Below the pieces are notes generated by a model. The model saw only the letters and a program-made list of their open reading frames with translations. It made no database searches and had not been told where the DNA came from. 64,000 bases of DNA, from contig OY829846.1 of NCBI GenBank assembly GCA_963691875.1, positions 3,648,001 through 3,712,000 on the forward strand, given 5' to 3'. Below, piece after piece: positions 18,719-27,927 of the stretch. This DNA is from Aureliella sp. Its GTDB lineage: Bacteria; Planctomycetota; Planctomycetia; Pirellulales; Pirellulaceae. Within the stretch, counting starts at the first letter, position 1; every line of letters starts with the position of its first letter. Position numbers and translations under genes: made by a program.

Positions 18719-20344
18719 ATGAAATTTTTCTTACGTCTCACGAGCTCCATAACGCTCGCTGGACTTCTCTGCACACCCAGCTTTGCCGAAGATTGGCGTG
18801 GCTTCCGTGGCCCGCTTGGTAACGCCAACGCCGTAGATGGAGCGTCCATCCCATCCACTTGGTCGCCATCCGCCAACTTGGCTTGGAAAACAGAACTGCC
18901 CGGCCCTGGGGCTTCGAGTCCAATCGTCGTAGGTGGCAAAGCCTTCGTGACCTGCTACTCAGGATACGGCCTAAGCCAAGAAAATCCTGGTGACATCAAA
19001 AATCTTGTTCGCCATTTGGTGTGCATCGACTTGGCGTCCGGCCAAAAGCTATGGCAAAAAGATGTACCGGTCACTCTACCAGAAGACCCGTATACCGGTA
19101 TCGGCGTGACCGCTCATGGCTACGCTTCACACACACCTGTCTCCGATGGCAAGAACGTGTATGCTTTCTTTGGTAAGAGTGGTGTTTTAGCCTATGACTT
19201 GAATGGCAACAAACTGTGGCAAGTCGACGTTGGGAAAGAATCGGATCCCACCAAGTGGGGATCGTCCTCCAGCCCTGTTATTCACGACAACGTTCTAATT
19301 GTGACGGCGTCTGCCGAAAGCCAAGCTATCGTCGGGTTGGACATCACGACTGGCAAAGAAGTCTGGCGTCAGGAAGCCAAAGGACTCGACGGGATGTGGG
19401 GCATGAATCCTGCCTCCGGCAAGTTGCTATGGCACGCCGATGCAACCAATGCTCAACAAGCATACACCAGCTTGGTGCAGAACAAGGGGCGAGTCTTTGC
19501 ATTCACAGGTCGTGGTGGCGGCAGTATCGCACTCGACGCGGGTGGAAGTGGTGATGTTAGCAAGACCAAGACGGTATGGACTGGCCGCGACACGACTAGC
19601 TTCGCTTCGCCCGTTAGCCACAAAGACAAGCTATACATCGTTACCCGTGGCGTCATGACCGTCGTCAATGCGGAAGACGGCAAGCGCGTCGAACAAATGC
19701 GGCTCAAAGGCGCAATGCAGACCGGCGGCCGGTTTGGCTCCCTCGACTACCCATCGCCGGTCGTTGCTGGTGATCGCATGTTCTACATGAACGGCAGCGG
19801 TCAGATGTACGTATTTGCTCTTGGTGAGAAGACCGAGCAAATCGCACTCAACCGATTCACATCAGACAAAGAGATCTTCTGGGGCACTCCTGCTATCAGC
19901 AACGGGAACTTGATCGTCCGCAGCGCAAAGCACTTGTACTGCGTGAAAGACAAGGGCGACAGTGTCGACCAAGACGCCAGCCTCTTTGCCAGCATCGACA
20001 ACGGCGACTCAAGTGAGGCTGGATCGAGCGGCGGACAAGGTAGCGGCCGCAGCAGCCGTAGCGGTGGATCGCGGTTTGATCCAATGAGCATGTTTAACGG
20101 AATGGACAGCGACAAAGACGGGCAAGTCACCGAAGCTGAACTCGAAGGCAATCGCATGGCCGAGCGTTTGATGACGCTTGACAAGGATGGCGACAAATCA
20201 ATCTCGAAGGACGAATTCAGTTCCGGCATCGCCTCGCTGTTTAGTCGCGGTGGCGGCAGTGGAGGTGGAGGCGGCGGCCGCAGTTATGGCGGCCGTGGCA
20301 CCGACAAGCGTCCCGACCGACCTCAACGGCCATCCGGCGAGTAA
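18719..20344 (+). CDS. Secreted PQQ-binding-like (BamB-type) beta-propeller with C-terminal EF-hand pair and Gly-rich tail
   Basis: Signal peptide, DWRGFRGP, WKTELPGPGASSP and repeated xGKxxW blade ends. EF-hand loops DSDKDGQVTEAE and DKDGDKSISKDE. Confidence 0.85.
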   Translation: MKFFLRLTSSITLAGLLCTPSFAEDWRGFRGPLGNANAVDGASIPSTWSPSANLAWKTELPGPGASSPIVVGGKAFVTCYSGYGLSQENPGDIKNLVRHLVCIDLASGQKLWQKDVPVTLPEDPYTGIGVTAHGYASHTPVSDGKNVYAFFGKSGVLAYDLNGNKLWQVDVGKESDPTKWGSSSSPVIHDNVLIVTASAESQAIVGLDITTGKEVWRQEAKGLDGMWGMNPASGKLLWHADATNAQQAYTSLVQNKGRVFAFTGRGGGSIALDAGGSGDVSKTKTVWTGRDTTSFASPVSHKDKLYIVTRGVMTVVNAEDGKRVEQMRLKGAMQTGGRFGSLDYPSPVVAGDRMFYMNGSGQMYVFALGEKTEQIALNRFTSDKEIFWGTPAISNGNLIVRSAKHLYCVKDKGDSVDQDASLFASIDNGDSSEAGSSGGQGSGRSSRSGGSRFDPMSMFNGMDSDKDGQVTEAELEGNRMAERLMTLDKDGDKSISKDEFSSGIASLFSRGGGSGGGGGGRSYGGRGTDKRPDRPQRPSGE

Positions 20345-20349
20345 TGTCA

Positions 20350-21800
20350 ACCGTTCCTGCACTCCGGGATCTCACGACTGCCCCTCTCGCGTGCGGGAGC
20401 GTCTTGCTGGAAAAAGCTCAATGAATCTCGAGCCGCTGTCTGCTCAGTCAGATCGCGGCTTTTCTGTTTCCGAGCTAAATCTGCCATGACTTCATAATCG
20501 AATTCACCGGCACTACCCCCGGTAAGATGCAAGTGACTGGGAAAAGCACGATCATGGATCTGCGTAGTTTCCGGAATCCCCACAGCTGCGGCAGGACCAC
20601 TCCGGTGACAAAAGGAGCCCAGTAGACTTGTTGCGCATACGGGCCCATTTGATTAAAAAGAACGTATCCCGTCGTACTTATTCTGACTGTACCTGGCAAT
20701 AAAATACTCGGCCAAGTACGTCCCAAGCACAGTCGCCGACAGGCTGGCAATAGCATTTGCCAGGAAGCTCGCTGCGGAAGCCATCGACCTAAACGGCCCA
20801 GTAACGCTAGCAGCAATATCTTCATACGCCGTCTCCGAACCGAAGATACAGTACGCAAAGTACTACAGCGTAAGTAGTAGCAGCCCAATCGAGCAACTCG
20901 TATGTGCTATCCCAACAATCGTGAATTCAACTGTGATCACCGCGATGCTGGCCTTTCGGACTGACTAGGAAAGAACAAACCTCAACCTTAGGATGTACTT
21001 GTAATCAGGTACACTCATGCCCTACCAGCCGCTGTTGGCAGATTGCATGAAGTAGAGACCAGGCTTGCATGGCTTGGGAAGGATGGCCAATCCCTGTTCG
21101 AGCGCCGTCCATTCGTTAATCGGAATACTCTGCAACTTCTGCGAAACAACCTTTTGCCTCCGATTCGCACATCCTACGGGCACCGGACTTACGTTCCCCC
21201 ACTTCTCGGCTTCCATCGGCCCCTCGTAGACACAGACGACAGGTAGTTTTGAGCGGCTTGCAAGGAACATCGGGTGGCTTTCTTGATTGGAAGGCTGAGC
21301 GTCCGAATGGCTGGATGCGATTGCCGTGATGGATCGGTCGCCATATCAGCCCAGACGCTTAGCGGCAAAGAAGTGGGATCAAGGACAACGGCAGGGCAGG
21401 TATCCCCATGTGCCATCCATTGGCCCATCATGAACTGAGTGTAGCCGATGGGGATGTAGCCTATCCCATGATGATCAAGCCAATCCAAGCGGAAAAAAGC
21501 CCAGCCAACATGATCAAACAAAATACAATAAGTGACATCGGATACCTCCCAAAATGAAAGCCCCAATCGACTTCGACACCGCAAGCACCCCCTCTTGTTT
21601 CGACCGATGAGATTCGTGCATCATCCATGTATATGCTGACTCTGAGCCAACGAAGAATGTGTCCGGCAGTATCCCGCGGTTGATGCGGAGAATGGATTCC
21701 GGCATCTGACTCGGTAGCGAAGCGACGTATTTCGCGTGGGCTGCGTGCGAACCACCACGCCTAAAGAGCTCGTCGCTAAAGAATCGCATTCGGACCATGT
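20350..21800 (-). pseudogene. Heavily eroded putative membrane-protein gene(s), identity unknown
   Basis: About 1.4 kb with no long ORF in an otherwise gene-dense region. On the minus strand, GGAGG-N6-ATG near 21538 opens MSLIVFCLIMLAGLFSAWIGLIIMG*, and further hydrophobic fragments occur in other frames. Confidence 0.35.
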
Positions 21801-22068
21801 CCTGAGTATCTACCTTTCGCTTTTTTCGATGGCTGCAAAGTTTACCTGATCAGCAGGACTAGATTCCGGCATTAGACGGGGCCTAGCGGCAGAGCGAATT
21901 GCATTGCCCAGTCGTCAAGTTTGCTTTGGATCAATTTTCCCTTTCTGCTATGATTGAGAGCCCTCATGAAAGCCAATCCGCAGTCAATGGTCGCTCAACT
22001 CGGTGATGCTTCTCACTAAAGATGCAGCCAGTTTTCTGGTGCTGCCAGTCACTCTTTCGGACTTGTAA

Positions 22069-23136
22069 ATGGCTTCTGTTGCAGATTTGTCTCACCCCGA
22101 ACGCAAAGATCAAAATGCGCCGAAACTTGCTGATTCAGGCCGTAGTCGCATGGGAGCTGTCACGGGTTTCGAGCTAGCGGCGACAGGCAGCTACGTTCCG
22201 GAAACTGTTGTCCGCAACGAAGACTTGGCTGAACTCGGCTGCGACAGCGATTGGATTGTACAACGAACTGGCATCAAAGAACGTCGTCGAGCAGAAGAAG
22301 GCATCGCGTCCAGCGACTTGGCGTTTCACGCTGCAGAACGATGTTTAGCCGCTGCAAATACGAAGCCGAGCGATGTTGACTTAATTTTGGTCGCGACGCT
22401 CACTCCTGATCACGCCACTCCTTCGACCGCCTGCCACTTGCAAGGCAAACTTGGATGCATTGCACCTGCTCTCGACGTCAACGCGGCTTGTGCTGGCTTC
22501 ATGTATGCCTTGGTAACGGCAGGCCAATTCGTCTCTTCAGGTTCTTCCCAATGCGCCTTGGTCGTCGGTGCCGAAGTAATGAGCCGCACGGTCAATCCAC
22601 AGGACGTTAAGACCTATCCACTCTTCGGTGATGGTGCTGGAGCAGCTCTCTTGCGACCGAGTGAGCAAGATGGAATGGGACTTACCAGCTACACGCTTGG
22701 TTCGGAGTCCTGTGGCGGTGCATCGCTATGCATCCCAAGTGGCGGAAGCCGGATGCCACTTTCGCCTGAAGCGATCGCAGATGGACAGCACTTTATGCGA
22801 ATGGAAGGCCGAGCTGTCTTCAAATGGGCGGTTCGAGTGGTAGCTGAGAGCTGCAAAGATTGCTTGTCACACGCAAACTTGACCGTTTCGAACATCGACC
22901 TGCTCATCCTCCATCAAGCCAACGCCCGAATCATCGATTCAGCCGTAGATGACATCGGTATCGATCGAGAAAAAGTCGTCGTGAACGTGAATCGCTATGG
23001 AAACACCTCAGCGGCGAGCATCCCGCTAGCCCTAGACGAAGCGATGGCCCAGGGGCGTATAAAGCCAGGAAGTCGCGTGATGCTAAGCGGTTTCGGCGGC
23101 GGTTTGGCCTGGGGAACCGCGATTCTGCAATTCTAG
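22069..23136 (+). CDS. fabH: 3-oxoacyl-ACP synthase III
   Basis: WIVQRTGIKERR and the catalytic motifs AACAGF (Cys), LHQAN (His) and GNTSAASIP (Asn), plus GFGGGLAWG. Confidence 0.93.
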   Translation: MASVADLSHPERKDQNAPKLADSGRSRMGAVTGFELAATGSYVPETVVRNEDLAELGCDSDWIVQRTGIKERRRAEEGIASSDLAFHAAERCLAAANTKPSDVDLILVATLTPDHATPSTACHLQGKLGCIAPALDVNAACAGFMYALVTAGQFVSSGSSQCALVVGAEVMSRTVNPQDVKTYPLFGDGAGAALLRPSEQDGMGLTSYTLGSESCGGASLCIPSGGSRMPLSPEAIADGQHFMRMEGRAVFKWAVRVVAESCKDCLSHANLTVSNIDLLILHQANARIIDSAVDDIGIDREKVVVNVNRYGNTSAASIPLALDEAMAQGRIKPGSRVMLSGFGGGLAWGTAILQF

Positions 23137-23327
23137 CTCGATGACTGCATACGAATCCAAAGCTAACTTTCTCGCAATCTCAGAACTCCCTTACTACCCG
23201 CTGCCATCCCTTTTGTCGCGCATGATTTCTACAGATTGACCTGCGCCTGGCAAGAATCCGTCGTTTCGTCGAATACCATGTCTATTAACATGGACGCCAG
23301 ATTTATCTCTCTTTCAGAGTCTTATAC

Positions 23328-24593
23328 ATGCGTGGTTTTGTTACGTTTCTTTTGGTTATCGCCGGGCTGGGCGGCGTAGGCGCCGGTATTTATTTCCCGA
23401 CGGCGGCCTACATCCGCAAGCAAAATGAACCAGCCTACAGGTCAAAGCCAGTTGTATCGGGCGACATCGTTCTGTACGTCAATTCGACGGGCAATGTCGA
23501 GCCCGTTCTGCGTGTAACGGTAGGTGCGGTTGTCAGTGGGCCAATCCAAGAGCTCTACGTGGATTTCAATGAGAAGGTCAAGAAAGATCAATTGATGGCC
23601 AAGATTGATCCTCGGCTATTCGAGTCTGTCGTGCTGCGCGATCGCGCGACTTTAGAAACACGTAACGCTGAAGTGCTCCGAGCGGAGGCTCGACTGCAAC
23701 AAGCGATCAACTCAGAAGAGCGAGCAAAGAAACTGGTCAAGAAAAACGCAAGCTTGATCTCGGATACGGAAGTTGACGAGATGCGTTTCAGCCGTATGGC
23801 GGCAGAAGCAGAATTGAGCGTCGCCAAGACCGCCGTGCAACAAGCTCAAGCAAGCTTGGATAACTCCGAAGCCAATTTAGGCTACACCGAAATTCGCTCA
23901 CCGGTTGACGGAGTTGTCATAGACCGAAAGATTGACGAAGGCCAAACACTAGCGGCACAATTCCAGACACCGGAGCTATTCATCGTCGCTCCTGAGATGG
24001 GTCATCGGATGTTCATCTATGCCTCCGTCGACGAAGCCGACATTGGACTGATTCGCCAAGCAAAAGAAACGCAGAATCCAGTCACCTTCACGGTAGATGC
24101 CTATCCCGGTGAGATCTTCGAGAACGGAATTATTCGAGAAGTGCGTTTGAGCAGCACGGAGGAATCTAATGTCGTGACGTACCCAGTCGTCGTCGAAACT
24201 CCGAACGAAGAGATGAAGTTACTGCCCGGAATGACAGCAAGTCTTTCTTTTCAAGTTGAAGAGAAAAATTCGATCGTCAAAATTCCGAATGCAGCACTTC
24301 GATTCTACCCACCGAATCGCAAGCACGTTCACCCGGATGATCACAAGATCCTCGATGGTGTTGAAGAGGCGAATGAACAAAGCACGGATCAGGAAGCTGC
24401 AGACCGTTCGGCGCAAGAACGAGCCGAAGCGAGCATAAATGGTAAAAAACGTCACGTCTGGGTATTTGACGGCAAGCTACTGCGAGCTCGAGCAATTGAA
24501 GTCGGCATATCCGACAGTCGCTACACCGAGCTAATCTCAGGTGAACTCAAAGACGGTGACGAGCTCGTTGTCGGCGAGGAAAAGAAAAAGTAG
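23328..24593 (+). CDS. Efflux periplasmic adaptor subunit (MacA/HlyD-like membrane fusion protein)
   Basis: N-terminal TM anchor, VGAVVSG.I..LYVDFN..VKK, coiled-coil hairpin, IRSPVDGVV, VDEADIG, FTVDAYP and LLPGMTA. Confidence 0.9.
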   Translation: MRGFVTFLLVIAGLGGVGAGIYFPTAAYIRKQNEPAYRSKPVVSGDIVLYVNSTGNVEPVLRVTVGAVVSGPIQELYVDFNEKVKKDQLMAKIDPRLFESVVLRDRATLETRNAEVLRAEARLQQAINSEERAKKLVKKNASLISDTEVDEMRFSRMAAEAELSVAKTAVQQAQASLDNSEANLGYTEIRSPVDGVVIDRKIDEGQTLAAQFQTPELFIVAPEMGHRMFIYASVDEADIGLIRQAKETQNPVTFTVDAYPGEIFENGIIREVRLSSTEESNVVTYPVVVETPNEEMKLLPGMTASLSFQVEEKNSIVKIPNAALRFYPPNRKHVHPDDHKILDGVEEANEQSTDQEAADRSAQERAEASINGKKRHVWVFDGKLLRARAIEVGISDSRYTELISGELKDGDELVVGEEKKK

Positions 24594-24618
24594 CTTGAGC
24601 GAAACATTCGCGTAGAAA

Positions 24619-25227
24619 TCAGCTCTGATGCCCCCAATTATCCTCTGAGGAATCGTCGTTTGGCGAAAGGCCGAGCACCTCGCCAGCAATGCAGACTCCT
24701 AGTCCAAGCACAGTTCTATTAGCGTAGCAAAAGTACGCAGTAACCTGGTTTACTTCTAGGATCTCACCATCTTCAAACCCCGCCTCTCGCATTGACGCTA
24801 CCGATGATGATGTGACATTGGCTGGCTCCAGCGTCAGCAGCCGAGCATAGTTGAGCCCTGAAATCTGCTTGGCATCGAATGCCGCTTCCAGCTTTCCAGA
24901 CTGAATCGTCTGCCAGATCGCGGTGGCCCGTTTGTCGTTGTCAAGCAGCCGCTTGAGCCCGTGAAAATGATGTTGCATGCAATACTCGCACTCATTTAGC
25001 TGACTGACGAAAACGCCAATCGTCTCCAGATACCATTTCTGCAGTTTATTGGCATGATGGTGCAAAACGTTTTTGTACAGAGTCATGTGGCCTGTCAGAC
25101 TGTGCGGCCGCAGGCTGTGGGCCATCAGAATCTGATCAATCTGACCGTCCGATGAGCGAACTCGGTCATACAAGCTTTTTAAAGGTCCAGAGGACTCTTC
25201 TAAGGAGACCGTCTTGATCCAAGTCAT
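24619..25227 (-). CDS. Peroxidase-related AhpD/carboxymuconolactone decarboxylase family protein
   Basis: Start at MTWIKTV (ATG 25227), with HSLRPHSL.GH..LY, NECEYCMQHH and AYFCYANR. Confidence 0.85.
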   Translation of the reverse strand: MTWIKTVSLEESSGPLKSLYDRVRSSDGQIDQILMAHSLRPHSLTGHMTLYKNVLHHHANKLQKWYLETIGVFVSQLNECEYCMQHHFHGLKRLLDNDKRATAIWQTIQSGKLEAAFDAKQISGLNYARLLTLEPANVTSSSVASMREAGFEDGEILEVNQVTAYFCYANRTVLGLGVCIAGEVLGLSPNDDSSEDNWGHQS

Positions 25228-25446
25228 TGAAGTTTTGTTTCGCTTGAAGGGTGCGTGAGTTTTGATAGCAGCCAATACATCAGCCGCTACAATGATCCGC
25301 CTCTCTGAAAGTCTTGCAAGATCCACTTGAAGGTACTGTGGTCGGTATCCCACCCAGCAGTGCGGACAAGGACTTTTCGCGGATTTTGCACGATTGGACT
25401 TGAAGGAGAGCAGTGACTTCTGGCAGCCACCCAAACGGAACCCCGC

Positions 25447-26601
25447 ATGACGAAACGAGTCGCAACTCGCATTGAACAAGTACAAGATCCAGTGATTCCC
25501 ATCGTGGGCTCGCTCATTGCGGATCACCCTGGCACGATCTCCCTGGGCCAAGGAATGGTTCATTACGCTCCACCGCCGAATGCGATTAATGCGACGCAAA
25601 AAGTGTACGAGATTCACCATCGCTACGGTGATGTACAAGGAACACTTGCCCTACGTTCACTCCTGAATGAAAAGCTAAAGTCCGAAAACCAGATTCGGAC
25701 TGAGGGCTGCGAAGTTGTCTACACCGCTGGCTCTAACATGGGGTTTCTGAATGCCGTTTTGGCTATCGCAGACGTTGGCGACGAGATCATCGTCCAAAAC
25801 CCTTACTATTTCAATTATGAAATGGCGATCGAGATCGCTGGCTGCAAGGCTGTCGTGGTTGCAACAACATCCGATTACCAACTCGATCTTGCTGCGTTGG
25901 AGGCAGCGATTACTTCTCGAACGCGAGCCATTGTGACGATCTCGCCCAACAATCCAACGGGCGCGATCTACTCGCGAAAAGCTCTGGCATGCATCAACCA
26001 ACTCTGCCGAAAGCGTGAGATCTTTCATATTTCGGATGAAGCGTACGAGTATTTCACTTATGACGGCGCTAAACACTTCTCGCCTGGCTCTTTGCCGGGA
26101 GCCGCGCGCCACACCATCTCGCTGTTCACGCTTTCGAAAGCGTACGGATTAGCTGGCTGGCGTTGTGGCTACATGGTTGTCCCAGATGACCTGCTGATAC
26201 CTGTCAAGAAGATCCAAGATACCAACTTGGTTTGCCCGCCGATGTTGAACCAAGATGTCGCTGCCGCAGCACTGCAGGCAGGGCGTGAATGGGTAGAGCC
26301 ACATGTTCAGTCCTTGGAGAAAGTTCGGAATGCAATTCTTGAAGAGCTAGATGGACTTCCCGGCTGTCGAGTACCAATGCCTGGCGGAGCTTTTTACATG
26401 CTCTTGCAACTAGACACAGACCGTGGCGATATGGAGCTAGTGCGCGAGCTAATCTCTCGCTTCGGCGTCGCGACACTGCCTGGAAACACTTTCGGAATCG
26501 AAACTAGCTGCCAGATTCGAGTCTCCTATGGAGCGCTCAAAGAGGACTCAGTGATCGAAGGACTCGGACGATTGAAAAAAGGGCTACGAGCACTACTATA
26601 A
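25447..26601 (+). CDS. PLP-dependent aminotransferase class I/II
   Basis: ISLGQG, SPNNPTG, SDEAYE, SKAYGLAGWRCGY (PLP lysine) and GAFY. Confidence 0.92.
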   Translation: MTKRVATRIEQVQDPVIPIVGSLIADHPGTISLGQGMVHYAPPPNAINATQKVYEIHHRYGDVQGTLALRSLLNEKLKSENQIRTEGCEVVYTAGSNMGFLNAVLAIADVGDEIIVQNPYYFNYEMAIEIAGCKAVVVATTSDYQLDLAALEAAITSRTRAIVTISPNNPTGAIYSRKALACINQLCRKREIFHISDEAYEYFTYDGAKHFSPGSLPGAARHTISLFTLSKAYGLAGWRCGYMVVPDDLLIPVKKIQDTNLVCPPMLNQDVAAAALQAGREWVEPHVQSLEKVRNAILEELDGLPGCRVPMPGGAFYMLLQLDTDRGDMELVRELISRFGVATLPGNTFGIETSCQIRVSYGALKEDSVIEGLGRLKKGLRALL

Positions 26602-26650
26602 GCCTGGGATTGATCCCGAGCCTCCTTAGGGGGACTTACGGCGAAGTCCA

Positions 26651-27766
26651 CTACATTGAGCCGGGTAAGACGTAGCAATCAGCCTCGAGTGGCACTTGAA
26701 GTTGATCGATCAAGTCAAATCGCATCTCTCGAGGCAAGTGCGCGCGGAAGCGAGCCATGGCCTCTCGAGGTGAAAAAGAATCCAGCATCTGACGCAGTTC
26801 TGCAAAACTGGCGAGTAGTTGTTCTTGCTGTGGTTTTGGGATCGAATCGAGTCGCCCGAGCAATTCACCTAGCCGGGAAAGTAGATAGCGATGCTGACTG
26901 CCCTCGTAAACGATCAATACTTGCCTACCCGAATAGTAACAATTGGATGCTTTGGACGAAAAGTCCATCAGGTGCTTCTCGATTGCAAGTTGCCACTGCT
27001 GCTGGATCGCATCGATGTCAAAACTACTAGCAACGATTCCTTGCTGAGCAAAAGTTTCCTCGATTTCGCTCGAGCTTAGTCCACCACGCTCCATCCGATA
27101 ATCCATCTCGGCCGCGTGTGCCCGTTCGAACAGCTCCGCAAACGCGACCTGGTCTTGAGGAACTGGCAGTACGGAGTGTGTTAGTAACATGGCTGCAGTC
27201 GCCTCCCACATACGATTGAGCAGGTCGATGGAGAGGTCTTCAAAAAAGTACTCGCCGGGCGCCTCTTCTGGTAGTTGCAGAGTTGTTCTGGGTGGGTTGG
27301 CCACACCCGCCAACTCATCCTCACTCAGCAACGTCGAGAACTCGACGTAGGGCTGCCCGGCATCATAGGGAAATCGAATCAGAGCCAGAACGGAACTCTC
27401 TTGATGCGCGAAGCCTCGCAGTTGCTCATCCTGCATTTCCTCGATAACGAACTGCCCCAGGAATCGAAACTCGTTGCCGCGCAACCAGTGTTCCGCCATC
27501 GCACCACGGCTGCCAAACTGACCTAAATCGTTTTCGGTGAACTCCAGATGAATTCGCATCGGTGGAACACAACCCTCGCCAACGCCTGAGGCGCTCGGAG
27601 ATTGCTGCGTCAACTTTTCCAAGTCTTCCAGCGCTGCCTCCAACTTGTGCGAAACGCGTCGACTCAGGATAGAATACGCCAGGAAGAAAGCCATGATGGC
27701 AATCACCATGACAACTCCAACAATTAATATTGATATCCAGAGGATAGTGGTGATGGATATTTCCAC
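26651..27766 (-). CDS. Hypothetical membrane-anchored protein
   Basis: 371-aa ORF with a long N-terminal hydrophobic helix and no recognised motif. Confidence 0.6.
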   Translation of the reverse strand: MEISITTILWISILIVGVVMVIAIMAFFLAYSILSRRVSHKLEAALEDLEKLTQQSPSASGVGEGCVPPMRIHLEFTENDLGQFGSRGAMAEHWLRGNEFRFLGQFVIEEMQDEQLRGFAHQESSVLALIRFPYDAGQPYVEFSTLLSEDELAGVANPPRTTLQLPEEAPGEYFFEDLSIDLLNRMWEATAAMLLTHSVLPVPQDQVAFAELFERAHAAEMDYRMERGGLSSSEIEETFAQQGIVASSFDIDAIQQQWQLAIEKHLMDFSSKASNCYYSGRQVLIVYEGSQHRYLLSRLGELLGRLDSIPKPQQEQLLASFAELRQMLDSFSPREAMARFRAHLPREMRFDLIDQLQVPLEADCYVLPGSM

Positions 27767-27927
27767 GAGTGTCTAGTGCTCCCAACGCGTTAAAGCGGAA
27801 GGCGAGTCAGAATCTACCAATCCAGGTTTGTTTCAAACAGTATTCCCTTGCGCGAATAAACTTTCCATTGGTGGAAGATCTTCTGCCGGTCGCCTAACTA
27901 CCACTAAGTCTAGCAGCAAGCTCATCT

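Noticed and set aside
25228..25638. N-terminal 136-aa extension of ORF 24619..25638
   Set aside because: It overlaps the divergent aminotransferase. Family similarity begins at MTWIKTV (25227).
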